Source: a candidate division WOR-3 bacterium
GTDB taxonomy: Bacteria; Hydrothermota; Tepidihabitantia; B3-TA06
DNA length: 64,000 nt
Assembly: GCA_965649265.1 (NCBI GenBank)
Contig: CBFGKC010000006.1
Location: 114,975 to 178,974 of the forward strand
Direction: 5' to 3'
Shown here: piece after piece, positions 61,327-64,000 of the stretch
Position numbering within the stretch: the first letter of the stretch is position 1
Layout: each line of letters starts with the position of its first letter
The notes under the pieces: generated by a model
Told to the model about the DNA's origin: nothing
The model's input: only the letters and a program-made list of their open reading frames with translations
The model's database searches: none
Translations under genes and position numbers: made by a program

Positions 61327-62596
61327 GGGCACGCGCGACGTGCTCCCACTGGAGATGATGGCTCGCAAAGAGCTTGAGGAAATCGCTTTCGCGCATTTTT
61401 CGAAAGCGGGTATCCTGCCTGTTCTTACTCCCACATTTGAAGCCTACGAGATGTATGAACGCTCAACGGGCGAATCCTCCGATATAGTTATAAAAGAGAT
61501 GTACAAGTTCAGGGATATGGGTGACCGTGAATTGGCCCTGCGACCAGAGGGAACACCATCCATCATCCGCGCGGTCCTCGAGAATAATATCAAATTGCCG
61601 GCGCGTCTCTGGTATATGATGCCCATGTTCAGGCAGGATAAGCCGCAAAAAGGCCGCTATCGTGAGCATACCCAGATCGGCGTCGAAATAATCGGAGAAG
61701 CCGAGCCTGAGACCGATGTCGAACTCATAAAACTCGGTTTCGATCTTTTCACCAATATCGGTATGGATGGTCTCTATCTCGAACTCAACTCGATCGGCTG
61801 CAGGGAATGCAGAACTTTGTATATGAAAGAATTGAACTCCTTCCTTTCCCTGCATCGCGATAAACTTTGCTCGGATTGTAAGGTTCGCATGGAACGTAAC
61901 GCCCTGAGGGTTTTCGACTGCAAGGTGCCGAATTGTCAGGAGATTTTAAAAGATGCGCCTTCTCAATCGTCGTATCTTTGCCCGGAATGCTCCGTCCATT
62001 TCTCCAGGGTCAAGGAAGGACTTGTATACTTCAATATCCCATTCAAGGAGAACCCGAGGCTGGTGCGTGGACTTGACTACTATTCACGAACGGTCATTGA
62101 ATTCAAATCCTCGTCCCTTGGCGCACAGGATACGGTGTGCGGAGGAGGTCGTTATGATTACCTCATGGAAGAGATGGGCGGCCCGCCAACTCCCGGTGTA
62201 GGATTCGCATTCGGAGTCGAGCGTGCTCTTCTTGCCTCAAAAGGGGAGGAGGTGCTTGAATATTCAGGAGCATCAATTCCGCTTGTTCTGCTTCCTCTCG
62301 GAGAGAAAGCACGGTCTGCCTCTTGCGGGTACGTTTTTAAACTCAGGGAATCAGGTATAACGTCTCTCGTCGAGTACCGGTCAGGGAACCTTTCAAAACA
62401 GCTCAAGCGAGCTTCCTCTCGGAATGCCTTAAGGGTTCTCATTATCGGCGATGACGAGTTGGCCTCGGGCAAACTAATTTTGAGAGACATGAAAACGGGA
62501 GAGCAAAGGGAAGTAACCTTGGAGGAGCTTTGCATGATACAAGAACTTAAGACACCCGCTTTTTTGTTGACAAGCGGTGATAATTCAATAACATAA
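61271..62596 (+). CDS. hisS: Histidine--tRNA ligase
   Basis: The HisS motifs are present (GTRDVLP, LRPEGTPSIIRAV, MFRQDKPQKGRYREHTQIGVE). The start is probably the GTG at 61307. A Cys-rich insertion of about 70 aa carries 8 Cys. Confidence 0.85.
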   Translation: MSGLLSDTPEGNVRFQRVKGTRDVLPLEMMARKELEEIAFAHFSKAGILPVLTPTFEAYEMYERSTGESSDIVIKEMYKFRDMGDRELALRPEGTPSIIRAVLENNIKLPARLWYMMPMFRQDKPQKGRYREHTQIGVEIIGEAEPETDVELIKLGFDLFTNIGMDGLYLELNSIGCRECRTLYMKELNSFLSLHRDKLCSDCKVRMERNALRVFDCKVPNCQEILKDAPSQSSYLCPECSVHFSRVKEGLVYFNIPFKENPRLVRGLDYYSRTVIEFKSSSLGAQDTVCGGGRYDYLMEEMGGPPTPGVGFAFGVERALLASKGEEVLEYSGASIPLVLLPLGEKARSASCGYVFKLRESGITSLVEYRSGNLSKQLKRASSRNALRVLIIGDDELASGKLILRDMKTGEQREVTLEELCMIQELKTPAFLLTSGDNSIT

Positions 62597-62599
62597 AGA

Positions 62600-63355
62600 A
62601 TGCGAAGGATTGCCATAGTCAATCAAAAGGGCGGAGTCGGTAAGACTACCACGGCAATAAACCTTTCGGCGGCCCTGGCAGTAGCGGAGAAGCGGGTATT
62701 GCTTATTGATGTTGATGCCCAGGCGAACGCCACTTCGGGACTCGGTCTTGAAAATCGCGAATCCAACCACTCCACATACGAGATTTTCATTAATCCTTCC
62801 AACATCAAGGAGACTATCCGCGCGACCTCCGTTAAATATCTGGATGCGGTGCCTGCATCCCTGGATCTTGCAGGTCTTGAGATTGAACTCATCGATACGG
62901 AGGGCAGGGAGTCTAGACTTCGACAGGCAATGTCTTACATTGATTCGTACGATTACGTTATAATGGACGCCCCCCCCTCCCTCGGTCTCCTGACGCTTAA
63001 CGCTCTTGTTGCCGCAGACAGTGTTCTCATTCCGGTTCAGTGCGAATACTATTCCCTTGAGGGCATAAGCAAGCTCACTGATACTCTTAACAGGGTAAGG
63101 AGCTTTCTTAATCCGTCCCTCGAAATTTTCGGAGTCCTCCTGACCATGTATGACCCAAGAACGAATCTGGCCGATCAGGTTGCGGAGGAGATTAGAAAAC
63201 ATTTCCCTGAAAAAGTTTTCAGGGCGATGATTCCGCGAAACGTGCGTCTTGCCGAAGCGCCCAGTTTCGGCCAGACCATTCTTCATTACGACATCAATTC
63301 CCGCGGCGCCCAGGCTTACCTTGAGCTTGCGAGCGAGGTGATGGCTCGTGGCTAG
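62600..63355 (+). CDS. parA: Chromosome-partitioning ATPase ParA/Soj
   Basis: The deviant Walker A motif is present (IAIVNQKGGVGKTTTAINLSAALA). Confidence 0.9.
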   Translation: MRRIAIVNQKGGVGKTTTAINLSAALAVAEKRVLLIDVDAQANATSGLGLENRESNHSTYEIFINPSNIKETIRATSVKYLDAVPASLDLAGLEIELIDTEGRESRLRQAMSYIDSYDYVIMDAPPSLGLLTLNALVAADSVLIPVQCEYYSLEGISKLTDTLNRVRSFLNPSLEIFGVLLTMYDPRTNLADQVAEEIRKHFPEKVFRAMIPRNVRLAEAPSFGQTILHYDINSRGAQAYLELASEVMARG

Positions 63356-64000
63356 GAAAGCGCTGGGCAAAGGTATCGACGCGCTTATTCCGGCGTCAAC
63401 GGTCGAGGATAAAGGTTCCTTCATTACCATACCTGTGACCTTGATAGCCGAGAATCCATATCAGCCGCGAAAGGTCACAGGCCAGGAGGTTCAGGATCTT
63501 GCTTCCTCTATAAAGGAACACGGATTGCTGCAGCCTATAGTGGTCCGTCGACACGGCGCAGGCTACCAGCTTGTCGCAGGTTCGCGTCGTCTCAAGGCTT
63601 CCCAGCTGGCAGGCCTTAAGGAAGTGCCTGTAATCATTCGCGAGGCGGATGATCGCCAGATGTTAGCCCTGGCACTCGTTGAGAATCTCCAGCGTGAGAA
63701 TCTTAATCCGATAGAATCTGCACTTGCATACAAAGAACTCAGCGAGGCGTTCGGGATGACCCAGGAAGATATATCAAGGGTCGTTGGAAAGGATCGTTCT
63801 ACGATCGCCAACACGCTGCGCCTTCTCTCCCTGCCTCGCAAAGCCAGGCTTTATCTTGAGGAAGAAAAGATATCCGAGGGCCATGCAAGGGCACTGCTCC
63901 AGATAGCCTCACTTTCACTCGTTGAAAAGATATGCGACAGGATATTAAACGAGGGACTTACTGTACGTGCCGTCGAAAAAATGGCCCAGGCATCTAAGAA
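63348..64000 (+). CDS. parB: ParB/Spo0J partition protein, 5' portion; ORF runs off the right window edge
   Basis: The GTG at 63348 overlaps the parA stop. The sequence VARKALGKGIDALIP...LVAGSRRLKASQLAGLKEVPVIIRE...LVENLQRENLNPIE follows the ParB box and HTH pattern. The frame is open to position 64000. Confidence 0.8.
   Translation, partial: MARKALGKGIDALIPASTVEDKGSFITIPVTLIAENPYQPRKVTGQEVQDLASSIKEHGLLQPIVVRRHGAGYQLVAGSRRLKASQLAGLKEVPVIIREADDRQMLALALVENLQRENLNPIESALAYKELSEAFGMTQEDISRVVGKDRSTIANTLRLLSLPRKARLYLEEEKISEGHARALLQIASLSLVEKICDRILNEGLTVRAVEKMAQASK

Overview
This is a gene-dense 64-kb window (about 52% GC) from what looks like an uncultivated Gram-negative bacterium of a lineage that uses type IX secretion (T9SS). 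σ70-type TTGACA-N16/17-TATAAT promoters and GGAGG Shine-Dalgarno sites are directly visible, and several of the consensus promoters sit flush against start codons, which suggests leaderless mRNAs.

Housekeeping genes are interleaved with accessory genes. Housekeeping: nnr, rsmA-tatD-csaA-like, a NUDIX hydrolase, polA, an RmlA-like nucleotidyltransferase, a btuFCD-like ABC importer with an ICMT-family methyltransferase, a V-type ATPase C-F-A-B-D operon, hisS and parAB. Accessory: at least 10 secreted proteins ending in the T9SS C-terminal sorting motif (GVYF....K.I.K). These include tandem BNR/Asp-box proteins, SBBP and other beta-propeller repeat proteins, a LamG protein, and a protein with about 11 Tyr/Gly-rich 15-residue repeats.

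The most striking feature is a minus-strand operon at 15089..23009 that I cannot assign to any described system. It contains twelve tandem, diversified paralogs (each roughly 170-190 aa) and ends in a radical SAM/SPASM enzyme gene. Each paralog has a conserved cytoplasmic N-terminus, one TM helix, and an ectodomain that starts with an invariant T-C-Y and carries a PNPTxGADSVTV motif.

The window also holds several noncoding repeat families. These are a GCGCCTCCGGCGC-hairpin composite element at two loci, CCTCAG-type and CCGTAACAC-type short tandem repeats, a 40-bp hairpin tandem array, and a roughly 150-nt dispersed element in two copies. One of the CCGTAACAC arrays covers the rSAM stop codon and another is translated as the N-terminus of atpB. 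A 1.1-kb intergenic region is dense in hairpins and contains modular palindromic repeats.
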